A stretch of DNA of 56,609 nucleotides, from the IMG/VR virus record IMGVR_UViG_3300028615_000096, positions 1-56,609 of that record, one strand, 5' to 3'. The translations under genes were made by a program, and so were the position numbers. The notes under the pieces were generated by a model that was not told the origin of the DNA, did not search any database, and saw only the letters and a list, made by a program, of their open reading frames with translations. The DNA comes from a virus (Duplodnaviria > Caudoviricetes). This document shows, one piece after another, positions 47,121 through 54,046 of the stretch (the first letter of the stretch is position 1; every line of letters starts with the position of its first letter).

Positions 47121-47873
47121 TTATGCTACGCGCTGACCAGACAGACCCTCCACGATCTCGCTCGGCAGCTTACCCGTCCGCATGAAGTGGTCCAGGTGCT
47201 GCATGTCCAGCGTGCCAGGATCGGTCTTGGCACGCTTGATGTTCAGGTGGCCGATGGCGCCGCGGAAGCTCTGCCAGTCGATGACGCCGGGCTCCGTGCA
47301 CACGTTGGCTTCGTACGTCTCGATGTTGTCCACCATGAGGCGGTTGAGCGCGCAAAGGGTGGCCACCTGTGCGGGGTAGAACCCGTAGAGGTTCCGCTTC
47401 TTGCCGTGGATCTTCGCCGTGTAGAACGGACGGGGGCCCAGGTCGAGCTTGTGGGCGCGCGGCTTCTTCCACTTCCTGGGGTTGAGGATCTTGCGCTGGC
47501 CCTGGTTCACCACCTCGACGCCCCAGCTGGTCTTGTTGGCCGCGCCCGCGTCTGCGGTGTCCACCTTGATGGGGTCGCAGAACTGGAAGAGGCTGCCCAG
47601 CGGGGTGATAGCGAACTCCACGCCCAACTTCCGGTTGTTGAGGACGCGGAACATGGTCTCCACCGCGTTCTCGCTGCCCGTCCAGTGGATGACGCCGTGG
47701 ATGATCGGCACCCGGCGCGGCTTGTTGTAGCCGGTGCCGATCTTGAACTCCATGCCGTGCTCCCAGCGCCAGTCGTCGCCAGCGCGCACTGCGCCGAACA
47801 CAGGGATGGGGTGTCCGGTGATCGGGTGGTTCAGTGGGATGATCTTCCCGTCGAGTAGTACGCCGTCCGCCAT
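47121..47873 (-). CDS. Endolysin, N-acetylmuramoyl-L-alanine amidase (Amidase_2)
   Basis: VIHWTG, N.TSWGVEVVN, AQVATL, IGH....AKTDPG zinc-amidase motifs. Confidence 0.88.
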   Translation of the reverse strand: MADGVLLDGKIIPLNHPITGHPIPVFGAVRAGDDWRWEHGMEFKIGTGYNKPRRVPIIHGVIHWTGSENAVETMFRVLNNRKLGVEFAITPLGSLFQFCDPIKVDTADAGAANKTSWGVEVVNQGQRKILNPRKWKKPRAHKLDLGPRPFYTAKIHGKKRNLYGFYPAQVATLCALNRLMVDNIETYEANVCTEPGVIDWQSFRGAIGHLNIKRAKTDPGTLDMQHLDHFMRTGKLPSEIVEGLSGQRVA

Positions 47874-47988
47874 GGGCTTCCCCTATGTCTTGTGCAGGTG
47901 TCCGCAACCGTAGGCACCTAATGTAGTCGGAAGTGGGCTTTTCGTAAAACAGCCGACGTGCAAGACTTCCACACCGAGGAGGAGTGCC

Positions 47989-48369
47989 ATGGAGGATGTT
48001 CTCGCACACTGGCCATTCGTGGCTGCGTCTCTGATCTTCGCCATGTTCGGACAAGTGGTAAAGGGCACGTTGTTCACCAGGGACAACATCCTGAAGTACA
48101 AGGGAAATGGGCCCGCGTGGCTGGGAGAGCTACTCTGGTGGGGTCGAAAGACCATGCCTGTGCACCCAGTCGTGGCCGGCATTCTGCTGGGTTTTGTGCC
48201 TGGCATGCCCGTGGGCCCTGGTGTGGATGCGGGTGCTGCGACGGTCTTGTACTTTGGTGCCGCAGGGATGGCGTCCACCTGGGCCTTCGCGTTGCTACGG
48301 CAGTTGGCGAAGCGGCAGGGTATCGAGCTGGATATTCCGCGCCAGACAGATCCGCCGCCTCCCAATTAG
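47989..48369 (+). CDS. Holin-like multi-TM protein
   Basis: 126 aa with about 3 hydrophobic helices; GAGGAG RBS; divergent from the endolysin. Confidence 0.6.
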   Translation: MEDVLAHWPFVAASLIFAMFGQVVKGTLFTRDNILKYKGNGPAWLGELLWWGRKTMPVHPVVAGILLGFVPGMPVGPGVDAGAATVLYFGAAGMASTWAFALLRQLAKRQGIELDIPRQTDPPPPN

Positions 48370-48378
48370 GAGGCTCAC

Positions 48379-48723
48379 GTGAAAAAAGCCTGGCTCTGGG
48401 TCAAGAAGCACATCACGTCAATCCTCGGCGTGATCGTTGCCGCCTTGGTAGGTTGGCTCGCGTGGGGCTCCATGAAGCGCCGGACGGGCAAGCTGAAGGA
48501 CGAGGTCGCGCTTGCCAAGGCAGAGCGTGACCTGAAGGCCCTCAACGTGCGCCGCGATACCGCGGTGGAACGCATGGGGGAGAAGGCGGCGGACGCCCGC
48601 GCGCTGAAGTCAGAGCTGCGCGACACCAAGAAGAAGATCGTGGAGATCCGCGAGCGCAAGCCCATCGTGGAAACGCTCACAGACGACGAGCTGGACAAGC
48701 GCTTGGAGAAGCTGGGGTACTGA
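48379..48723 (+). CDS. Inner-membrane spanin-like protein
   Basis: N-terminal TM followed by a charged coiled coil. Confidence 0.55.
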   Translation: MKKAWLWVKKHITSILGVIVAALVGWLAWGSMKRRTGKLKDEVALAKAERDLKALNVRRDTAVERMGEKAADARALKSELRDTKKKIVEIRERKPIVETLTDDELDKRLEKLGY

Positions 48724-48920
48724 TGGCGCTGCCGCAACAACCAACACCTCTGATTCCGGAGTGCGATGAGCTTCGGGTGGACGTTCTTGTCAAGGACGGC
48801 CACAAGGAGCCCGGCACGCGCCGCTTCTTCCGCGATGGTGTTGAGGTCTTCAACTACACCACGGAAGAAGCACTGCAGCTCCTGCGCGAGGGGTGGACGG
48901 TGCGGGAGGAGCCTGCGTGA
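48723..48920 (+). CDS. Small hypothetical protein
   Basis: 65 aa, coupled at both ends. Confidence 0.55.
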   Translation: MALPQQPTPLIPECDELRVDVLVKDGHKEPGTRRFFRDGVEVFNYTTEEALQLLREGWTVREEPA

Positions 48921-49372
48921 AGGTCATCGCTACGATCCTGTGCCTGGCGCTCATGCCCACGCCCGTGTGGGCGACTGAACCGGCGGGTGCGGAAGCTGCC
49001 GCAGCGGAGGAAGCTCCGCGCCGCAAGGTCATGGAGGTCGACGGCCAGCGCGGCGTGTGGTTCCGCGACGACGTGGTCGAGAAGATCATGAAGGACAAGG
49101 AGCTGCTGCTGGAGCATGAGAAGGCGCTCAAGCAGGCAGAGGCTGCGATCGTGGCGCAGGAGGAAGTCGAGAAGGCTTGCCGTGCAGCCCTCGGGTACTC
49201 GCAGGAGTCCGAGGAGCTGGCCAGGACGAACCTGGAGACGGCACTACGGCGCGCGAGGGAGGCCGAAGAGGACCGGGATGGGGTCTTGGCGGGGAAGCCT
49301 GCGGTCTGGTTGGGTGTTGGGCTACTGGCCTCCCTCGCGCTTGCCGTGGTGGTGGACAAGATTCAGGAGTGA
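48917..49372 (+). CDS. Exported coiled-coil protein with C-terminal TM (spanin-like)
   Basis: GGAGGAG RBS; signal peptide MKVIATILCLALM..VWA; C-terminal hydrophobic helix. Confidence 0.6.
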   Translation: MKVIATILCLALMPTPVWATEPAGAEAAAAEEAPRRKVMEVDGQRGVWFRDDVVEKIMKDKELLLEHEKALKQAEAAIVAQEEVEKACRAALGYSQESEELARTNLETALRRAREAEEDRDGVLAGKPAVWLGVGLLASLALAVVVDKIQE

Positions 49373-49374
49373 TC

Positions 49375-49887
49375 ATGTCGAAGCTGATCGTGCATCTGTT
49401 CACGCTCCCGTTCATGCCGGTGAGCTATCTCTACGTGCTGGGCGCGTGCCTCATCGGGCTGGCGCACAAGGTCTCGTTCACGGACTGGGTGCTGACCGCG
49501 CAGTGGCGCCCGTGGTTTGCCGAGCGCTGGCGCTACTCGACCACGGTGGGCCTGGGCATCATCTACCAGCCGGACAGCCGCACCAACACGCGCATCGTCA
49601 ACCACGAACATGTGCACGTGCGCCAGCACCAGGACGAGATGCTCCGGGCGCTGTTGATCGGCCTGGGCGTGTACGCCGCCACCGGTTCCTGGATCACGGG
49701 GCTGTGCATCTGGCTGCTGGGCGGCGCGTTCCGCCTCACCAACTTCATCACCGCCGGACTCCGCTTCGGCTGGGCCAACGTCTACCGGGACAGCGAGCAC
49801 GAGCGCAGCGCCTACGCGCAGACGGATCTGTGGACCGGTGGGAAGTCCTGGAGCGACTTCCGCGACGGGGCGAGAAATAGTTCTTGA
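49375..49887 (+). CDS. Membrane protein with HExxH motif
   Basis: AGGAG RBS; IVNHEHVHVRQ and E.SAYA; several TM helices. Confidence 0.7.
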   Translation: MSKLIVHLFTLPFMPVSYLYVLGACLIGLAHKVSFTDWVLTAQWRPWFAERWRYSTTVGLGIIYQPDSRTNTRIVNHEHVHVRQHQDEMLRALLIGLGVYAATGSWITGLCIWLLGGAFRLTNFITAGLRFGWANVYRDSEHERSAYAQTDLWTGGKSWSDFRDGARNSS

Positions 49888-49966
49888 CATCCTCGGCGCA
49901 AGCACTCAGCTTGCGATCTGTGGACGCGCTCTATACAGCGCAGGTGACACCTGCTTCCACACCCAT

Positions 49967-50049
49967 CCGGGTGAGGGGAACGGTATCCCAAGCCGGCTGT
50001 AAACCGGTGCGTTCGCGCAGTGCTGGTTCGAATCCAGCCACCCGGACCA
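49967..50049 (+). tRNA. tRNA-Tyr(GTA)
   Basis: Loop CT-GTA-AA; long variable arm; CCGGGTG/CACCCGG+ACCA. Confidence 0.88.
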
Positions 50050-50105
50050 AGACGATGAGAACGCTCAGCCACAGCGAGAGCTTTATCAGCCTGGTTTTTG
50101 ACCAT

Positions 50106-50181
50106 GGCCTGGTAGCTCAGTCGGTAGAGCGGCTGCCTGAAGAGCAGCGCGTCGGCGGTTCGAGTCCGTCCCAGGCCACCA
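50106..50181 (+). tRNA. tRNA-Phe(GAA)
   Basis: Loop CT-GAA-GA; full cloverleaf with CCA. Confidence 0.92.
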
Positions 50182-50191
50182 TGGATACGTG

Positions 50192-50296
50192 CGTGGCGAT
50201 CGGGATGGAGCGCAAGCAGGCGACCTGGAATACCAGGGAGCGTGCCATGCGGGCTGGCTGAGACACCAGGGACGCGCTCCATACATACCCGCCACG
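50192..50296 (+). ncRNA. Structured inter-tRNA RNA 1
   Basis: CGTGGCG/CGCCACG and ATGGAGCGC/GCGCTCCAT stems enclosing two CTGG/CCAG hairpins. Confidence 0.65.
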
Positions 50297-50307
50297 TTGG
50301 TGAGCAT

Positions 50308-50350
50308 TGCAGGGTAGCCAAGCGGTAAGGCGCAGGCTAAGTTAACCTGC
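50308..50350 (+). pseudogene. 5' half remnant of tRNA-Asn
   Basis: TGCAGGG-TA-D arm-GCAGG-ctaagttaa-CCTGC, then the HNH ATG; no T arm. Confidence 0.7.
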
Positions 50351-50737
50351 ATGCGCAACGGACCCTACGAGATGGTACTCGTGCCGGAGGGCTACCCCGG
50401 TAAGCGGTACAGAGGCAGGTACTGCTACGAGCACCACTTGGTGTGGTGGCAGAACACAGGACGCCTCGTACGTCCTGGCTACTTGTTGCACCACAAGAAC
50501 GAGAATAAGCGCGACAACCGCTTCAGCAATCTAGAGGAGATCACCAGAGCAAAACACACTTCGCAGCACGCCTCTGAACGCGCACCTGATCTGATTCAAG
50601 TCTCGTGTGGTTGGTGCTCCAAACCGATGGAGCTGAAGCCGCACGTCTACAAGGAACGCATGAAGAGCAAGCCCCACGGACTGCTGTTTTGCAGTCGTAG
50701 CTGCGGCGCGAAGCACCAACATTCCGAGGTAGCATAA
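50351..50737 (+). CDS. HNH homing endonuclease with C-terminal zinc finger
   Basis: EHHLVW...HHKNENKRDNRFSNL...H; CGWC...FCSRSC. Confidence 0.9.
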   Translation: MRNGPYEMVLVPEGYPGKRYRGRYCYEHHLVWWQNTGRLVRPGYLLHHKNENKRDNRFSNLEEITRAKHTSQHASERAPDLIQVSCGWCSKPMELKPHVYKERMKSKPHGLLFCSRSCGAKHQHSEVA

Positions 50738-50795
50738 CCGGCAATGCACCTGATTGTTACTCAGGGCTATGGGGGTTCGAAGCCCTCCCTCGGAG
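50723..50795 (+). tRNA. tRNA-Asn(GTT)
   Basis: Loop TT-GTT-AC; TCCGAGG/CCTCGGA. Confidence 0.88.
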
Positions 50796-50828
50796 CCGGA
50801 CTAAAGCAAAAGCCACGTAGCAGCCAAC

Positions 50829-50903
50829 GCTCCTGCGCCGATCGGACGGCAGCCGGTGTTCTAAGCCGGTGATTTCCAGGTTCGAGTCCTGGCGGGAGCG
50901 CCA
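50829..50903 (+). tRNA. tRNA-Arg(TCT)
   Basis: Loop GT-TCT-AA; irregular D arm; CCA. Confidence 0.8.
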
Positions 50904-50905
50904 AC

Positions 50906-50981
50906 GGGTTCGTAGCTCAACAGGCAGAGCACCCGGCTCTTACCCGGGTTGTTGTGGGTTCGAAGCCCACCGGACCCACCA
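50906..50981 (+). tRNA. tRNA-Lys(CTT)
   Basis: Loop CT-CTT-AC; CCA. Confidence 0.92.
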
Positions 50982-51075
50982 CTTTTAGCGAAACCGAGAC
51001 CCCACTAAAACAATCGCTACAACAGATCGGACAATGCAAAGGAGGAGAGACAAACGCAGGTGCTGCACCCATCGA

Positions 51076-51148
51076 GGGGGTGGCACCCGACTGGACGGGC
51101 CCCGGGCTTTTACCCCGGATTGAGTGGGTTCGAGCCCCACCGCCCCCA
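51076..51148 (+). tRNA. tRNA-Lys(TTT)
   Basis: Loop CT-TTT-AC; atypical positions 8-9. Confidence 0.8.
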
Positions 51149-51153
51149 CTGCT

Positions 51154-51243
51154 GGAAGGACGGCGAAGTATTGGAGAGTCGCGCGCGCCTGCTAAGCGCG
51201 TGGTCACGCAAGTGGCCTGTGGGTTCGATCCCCACTCCTTCCG
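51154..51243 (+). tRNA. tRNA-Ser(GCT)
   Basis: Loop CT-GCT-AA; long variable arm; G73. Confidence 0.9.
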
Positions 51244-51300
51244 CCGCGGCCTAGGTCGCAACGTTCTCTGACAACCGAATACGTTGCCAAGTACACACGG

Positions 51301-51438
51301 GGAGCCGTGGGCACAGCGGGTAGCCGCGCGCTATGCGAAAGCGCGGGTCCGGGTGGTCACGGCCTCCGTAAGGCCACCGTGGGCGCCACGGTCCTGGCGT
51401 GACTGCTAGGACGTCTGTGCCGGTCACGGTGGCCTCCA
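51301..51438 (+). ncRNA. Structured inter-tRNA RNA 2
   Basis: CCGTG/CACGG and GGCACAG/CTGTGCC closing stems around a multibranch loop. Confidence 0.65.
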
Positions 51439-51440
51439 AT

Positions 51441-51513
51441 AGGTCAGTAGCTCAGCTGGAAGAGCAGCAGATTCCAAACCTGCGTGTCGGGGGTTCGAAT
51501 CCCTCCTGGCCTG
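51441..51513 (+). tRNA. tRNA-Trp(CCA)
   Basis: Loop TT-CCA-AA. Confidence 0.92.
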
Positions 51514-51572
51514 CCGGCGGCCAAGCGGCATGGAAGCCCTATGGTGAGGGGTAGCGCCCTCACACGCCTTAT

Positions 51573-51646
51573 GAGGCGCAGTCCGATCGGCTAGGAAGCG
51601 GTCTGCAAAACCGCTGTGGCGGGTTCGATTCCCGCGCGCCTCTCCA
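51573..51646 (+). tRNA. tRNA-Cys(GCA)
   Basis: Loop CT-GCA-AA; U73; CCA. Confidence 0.9.
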
Positions 51647-51648
51647 AC

Positions 51649-51724
51649 GCCCTCGAAGCACAACTGGAAGTGCTCCCGGTTTGTACCCGGGCGGCTGCAG
51701 GTTCGAATCCTGTCGGGGGCTCCA
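51649..51724 (+). tRNA. tRNA-Thr(TGT)
   Basis: Loop TT-TGT-AC; CCA. Confidence 0.9.
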
Positions 51725-51725
51725 C

Positions 51726-51797
51726 GGGGATGTGGCCAAATGGGAAGGCACCTGCCTTGCAAGCAGACGATTGCGGGTTCGAATCCCGCCATCTCCA
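51726..51797 (+). tRNA. tRNA-Ala(TGC)
   Basis: Loop CT-TGC-AA; G3-U70. Confidence 0.9.
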
Positions 51798-51814
51798 CCC
51801 GGGTAGAGTCGGGC

Positions 51815-51962
51815 ACGCCAGCAAGAGGGCTGGCGTTGGTCGGCTCGTGCTGCGCACCCACGTAAGCCGCAGCGCCTGTTCCAGAGTTTGGGTGCACCAG
51901 CCCTTCAGGCTGGCCAGCAGTCAGGCTCGCAGCACTTGGTGCCGGAGCGCAGCGGAGCGACC
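51815..51962 (+). ncRNA. Structured inter-tRNA RNA 3
   Basis: ACGCCAGC/GCTGGCGT hairpin, then GGTCG-GCTC-GCTGCGC / GCGCAGC-GAGC-GACC closing stem with inner GCACCCA/TGGGTGC and CCAGCC/GGCTGG arms. Confidence 0.6.
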
Positions 51963-51996
51963 CTTCGATCTGTGACGCAGTAGGTGCTGCACCTAT

Positions 51997-52068
51997 GCCC
52001 GGTTAGCTCAGAGGCAGAGCACCGCTTTTACACGGCGGGGGACGGGGTTTCGAAATCCTCACCGGGTA
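51997..52068 (+). tRNA. tRNA-Val(TAC)
   Basis: Loop TT-TAC-AC. Confidence 0.9.
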
Positions 52069-52142
52069 CCGACGCGTTGGCGCGCGCGTTCCTCTGCTGC
52101 TCACGCGGCTTGGAGAAGGGGCCACCATACCTCGCGCCACTC

Positions 52143-52215
52143 GGGGGCATAGCTCAGTCGGGAGAGCGTCTGCATGGCATGCAGAAGGTCGCGGGTTCGA
52201 TTCCCGCTGCTTCCA
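52143..52215 (+). tRNA. tRNA-Ala(GGC)
   Basis: Loop AT-GGC-AT; G3-U70. Confidence 0.92.
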
Positions 52216-52217
52216 CC

Positions 52218-52319
52218 GCGCACCTGTAGTCGTAGCGCTCACGGTGTTGCACCATTCACGGTGCGGGACGCAGGAAGCCCTGCGGGCGAGCTAGGCGTCG
52301 TCCGCGGCTACAGGGGCGC
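52218..52319 (+). ncRNA. Structured RNA directly upstream of the HNH gene
   Basis: GCGC-CCTGTAGTCG / CGGCTACAGG-GCGC closing stem; inner GCACC/GGTGC and CGCAGG/CCTGCG hairpins. Confidence 0.65.
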
Positions 52320-52343
52320 AACTACTTCGAAAGGAGGTGCCCC

Positions 52344-52880
52344 ATGACGGCACGGACTCTGGTGTTGGATCAGGGGTACCAACCCCATCGAATAGTCAGC
52401 TGGCGGCGAGCCGTGACCATGCTGTTCGCCGGCAAGGTAGAGGTGGTCGAGGAGTACGACGAGGAGATCAGATCGGTCACCATCTCCATCAAGATGCCCG
52501 CCGTCGTGCGGCTCATCAGGAAGGCGACCGGCCGGCCGCCCAAGGTCCGCTTCAGCCGGATCAACATCATGGCGCGGGACAACTTCCGCTGCCAATACTG
52601 CGGCAAGCGCGGGACGCGCGGGGAGCTGAACCTGGACCACGTGCTGCCGCGGGCACAGGGAGGCACTAGCCGGTGGGAGAACATCGCCACCAGCTGCATC
52701 CCCTGCAACACCCAGAAGGGAAACAGAACGCCCGAGCAGGCGGGCATGAAGCTGCGGAAGCAGCCCAGACGCCCGCACAGCTTGCCGGAGCTGACGATCC
52801 GGTTGGAGTACGGAGACAGCATCCCGGATGCCTGGGCCTCGTACTGCTACTGGAACCTCTCCATCGAGGAGGGGAGCTGA
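52344..52880 (+). CDS. HNH endonuclease (McrA-like) with PLMP-like N-terminus
   Basis: AAGGAGG RBS; RDNFRCQYCG...LDHVLPR..GG...WENI..SC..CN..KG; N-terminal LVLD.GY.P...SW.RA..ML..GKVEVV. Confidence 0.92.
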   Translation: MTARTLVLDQGYQPHRIVSWRRAVTMLFAGKVEVVEEYDEEIRSVTISIKMPAVVRLIRKATGRPPKVRFSRINIMARDNFRCQYCGKRGTRGELNLDHVLPRAQGGTSRWENIATSCIPCNTQKGNRTPEQAGMKLRKQPRRPHSLPELTIRLEYGDSIPDAWASYCYWNLSIEEGS

Positions 52881-52884
52881 CAAG

Positions 52885-52911
52885 GAGGTGCGGCTCTTCG
52901 GAGCCCACCTC
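52885..52911 (+). other. Hairpin with UUCG tetraloop after the HNH stop
   Basis: GAGGTG-c-GGCTC-ttcg-GAGCC-CACCTC. Confidence 0.6.
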
Positions 52912-52915
52912 GACT

Positions 52916-52986
52916 GCGCGTATGGCCGAGAGGCAAGGCACCAGGCTTCCACCCTGGACACGCGGGTTCGAGTCCCGCTGCGCGCT
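52916..52986 (+). tRNA. tRNA-Gly(TCC)
   Basis: Loop CT-TCC-AC; U73. Confidence 0.9.
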
Positions 52987-52989
52987 CTA

Positions 52990-53206
52990 ATCCGGAGACG
53001 CGGGTTCGAATCCCGTCATCTTGGCGCTGTAAGTCGCCCCCAGATCAGATCGTAAGTCGTCCATGCCAACATCCACCCCAGGGGCCCCTGGGGACTCAGG
53101 ACGCCGCAAGGCGGAGTGCCGAAAGGCCACCGGGATACGGCTGCGCAAGACGTCGATCAGGGCGTTAGCACATGCCTGGGTGTAGCTCAGAGGTAGAGCA
53201 CCGGAT
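52990..53206 (+). ncRNA. Circularly permuted tRNA-like RNA (T arm first, D arm last)
   Basis: ATCCGG-agac-T arm-CATCTTGGCG ... TGCCTGGGTG-ta-D arm-a-CCGGAT; the halves pair with each other. Confidence 0.8.
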
Positions 53207-53209
53207 GTC

Positions 53210-53285
53210 GCGGTAGTAGCTCAGCTGGAAGAGTGCCTGCTTGCCAAGCAGGAGGCCATGGGTTCGAGACCCATCTACCGCACCA
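53210..53285 (+). tRNA. tRNA-Gly(GCC)
   Basis: Loop TT-GCC-AA; CCA. Confidence 0.92.
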
Positions 53286-53347
53286 GGGTGTGCCCGCATC
53301 CTGTTCAAGTCCCCGGTGGCCGGGTGCAAGTCCACCGGGGAAACCAA

Positions 53348-53424
53348 TGGCCCGTAGCTCAGTCAGTCAGAGCGCCCGCCTGATAAGCGGGAGGTCGTGG
53401 GGGCAGAACCCGCCGGGCCAACCA
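53348..53424 (+). tRNA. tRNA-Ile(GAT)
   Basis: Loop CT-GAT-AA; atypical T loop GGCAGAA; CCA. Confidence 0.85.
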
Positions 53425-53425
53425 A

Positions 53426-53500
53426 GGACGCGTAACTCAGAGGAAGAGTGCTGCCTCGACAAGGCAGAAGCCGCAGGTTCAAATCCCGCCGCGTCCACCA
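53426..53500 (+). tRNA. tRNA-Val(GAC)
   Basis: Loop TC-GAC-AA; CCA. Confidence 0.88.
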
Positions 53501-53501
53501 T

Positions 53502-53576
53502 GGGGATGTAGCTCAGTGGAAGAGTACCCGTCTCATAAGCGGGCTGGCGTGGGTTCGATTCCCACCATCCCTACCA
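53502..53576 (+). tRNA. tRNA with CAT anticodon (elongator Met or Ile2)
   Basis: Loop CT-CAT-AA; CCA. Confidence 0.88.
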
Positions 53577-53578
53577 AC

Positions 53579-53655
53579 GTCGCGTTCTTCTAGCAGGCCA
53601 AGGATCTCGGGCCCTCAACCCGAAGACACGGGTTCAAATCCCGTACGCGACACCA
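53579..53655 (+). tRNA. tRNA-Glu(CTC)
   Basis: Loop CC-CTC-AA; CCA. Confidence 0.88.
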
Positions 53656-53657
53656 AT

Positions 53658-53733
53658 GCAGCGGTCGTCTAGCGGCCAGGATGCCGGGCTTTCAATCCGG
53701 TCGACGCGGGTTCGAATCCCGTCCGCTGCACCA
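53658..53733 (+). tRNA. tRNA-Glu(TTC)
   Basis: Loop CT-TTC-AA; CCA. Confidence 0.9.
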
Positions 53734-53739
53734 ACTCAT

Positions 53740-53817
53740 GCCTCCGCGGTCCAGCCAGGAGTGACCGTCCGCCTGTCACGCGGGAGAACGTCGGTTCGAA
53801 TCCGATCGGGGGCGCCA
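53740..53817 (+). tRNA. tRNA-Asp(GTC)
   Basis: Loop CT-GTC-AC; G73; CCA. Confidence 0.9.
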
Positions 53818-53896
53818 AGCACGCAGGGGACTCATGGGCGCTAGAGCGGCCGGGCCCCCTCGCCCGCTCAACAGCGTCGGTGTCCTGCGTGCTTTT
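53818..53896 (+). ncRNA. Long irregular hairpin RNA
   Basis: AGCACGCAGG/CCTGCGTGCT, GCGCT/AGCGT and GAGCGG/CCGCTC stacked stems with internal loops. Confidence 0.6.
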
Positions 53897-53972
53897 GCCC
53901 GGGTAGCTCAGTGGAAGAGCATCGGTCTACGAAGCCGAGTTGTCGGGGGTTCGAATCCCTCTCCGGGTGCCA
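53897..53972 (+). tRNA. tRNA-Arg(ACG)
   Basis: Loop CT-ACG-AA; CCA. Confidence 0.92.
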
Positions 53973-53973
53973 T

Positions 53974-54044
53974 TGGGGCATCGTCTAACGGCAGGACAGC
54001 GTCTTCTGGTGGCGCTTATCGGGGTTCGAATCCCTGTGCCCCAG
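53974..54044 (+). tRNA. tRNA-Gln(CTG)
   Basis: Loop TT-CTG-GT; U1-A72. Confidence 0.9.
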
Positions 54045-54046
54045 CC

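Noticed and set aside
50829-50903. Amber suppressor (CTA) reading of the TTCTAAG loop
   Set aside because: The stem only pairs in the register giving GT-TCT-AA (Arg), and genes terminate normally at TAG, so there is no sign of recoding.
50986-51020. Hairpin containing CCCCACTAAAAC as a solitary CRISPR-repeat mimic
   Set aside because: Only a short resemblance to Cas13a repeat ends and no matching internal stem; cannot be supported without a search.
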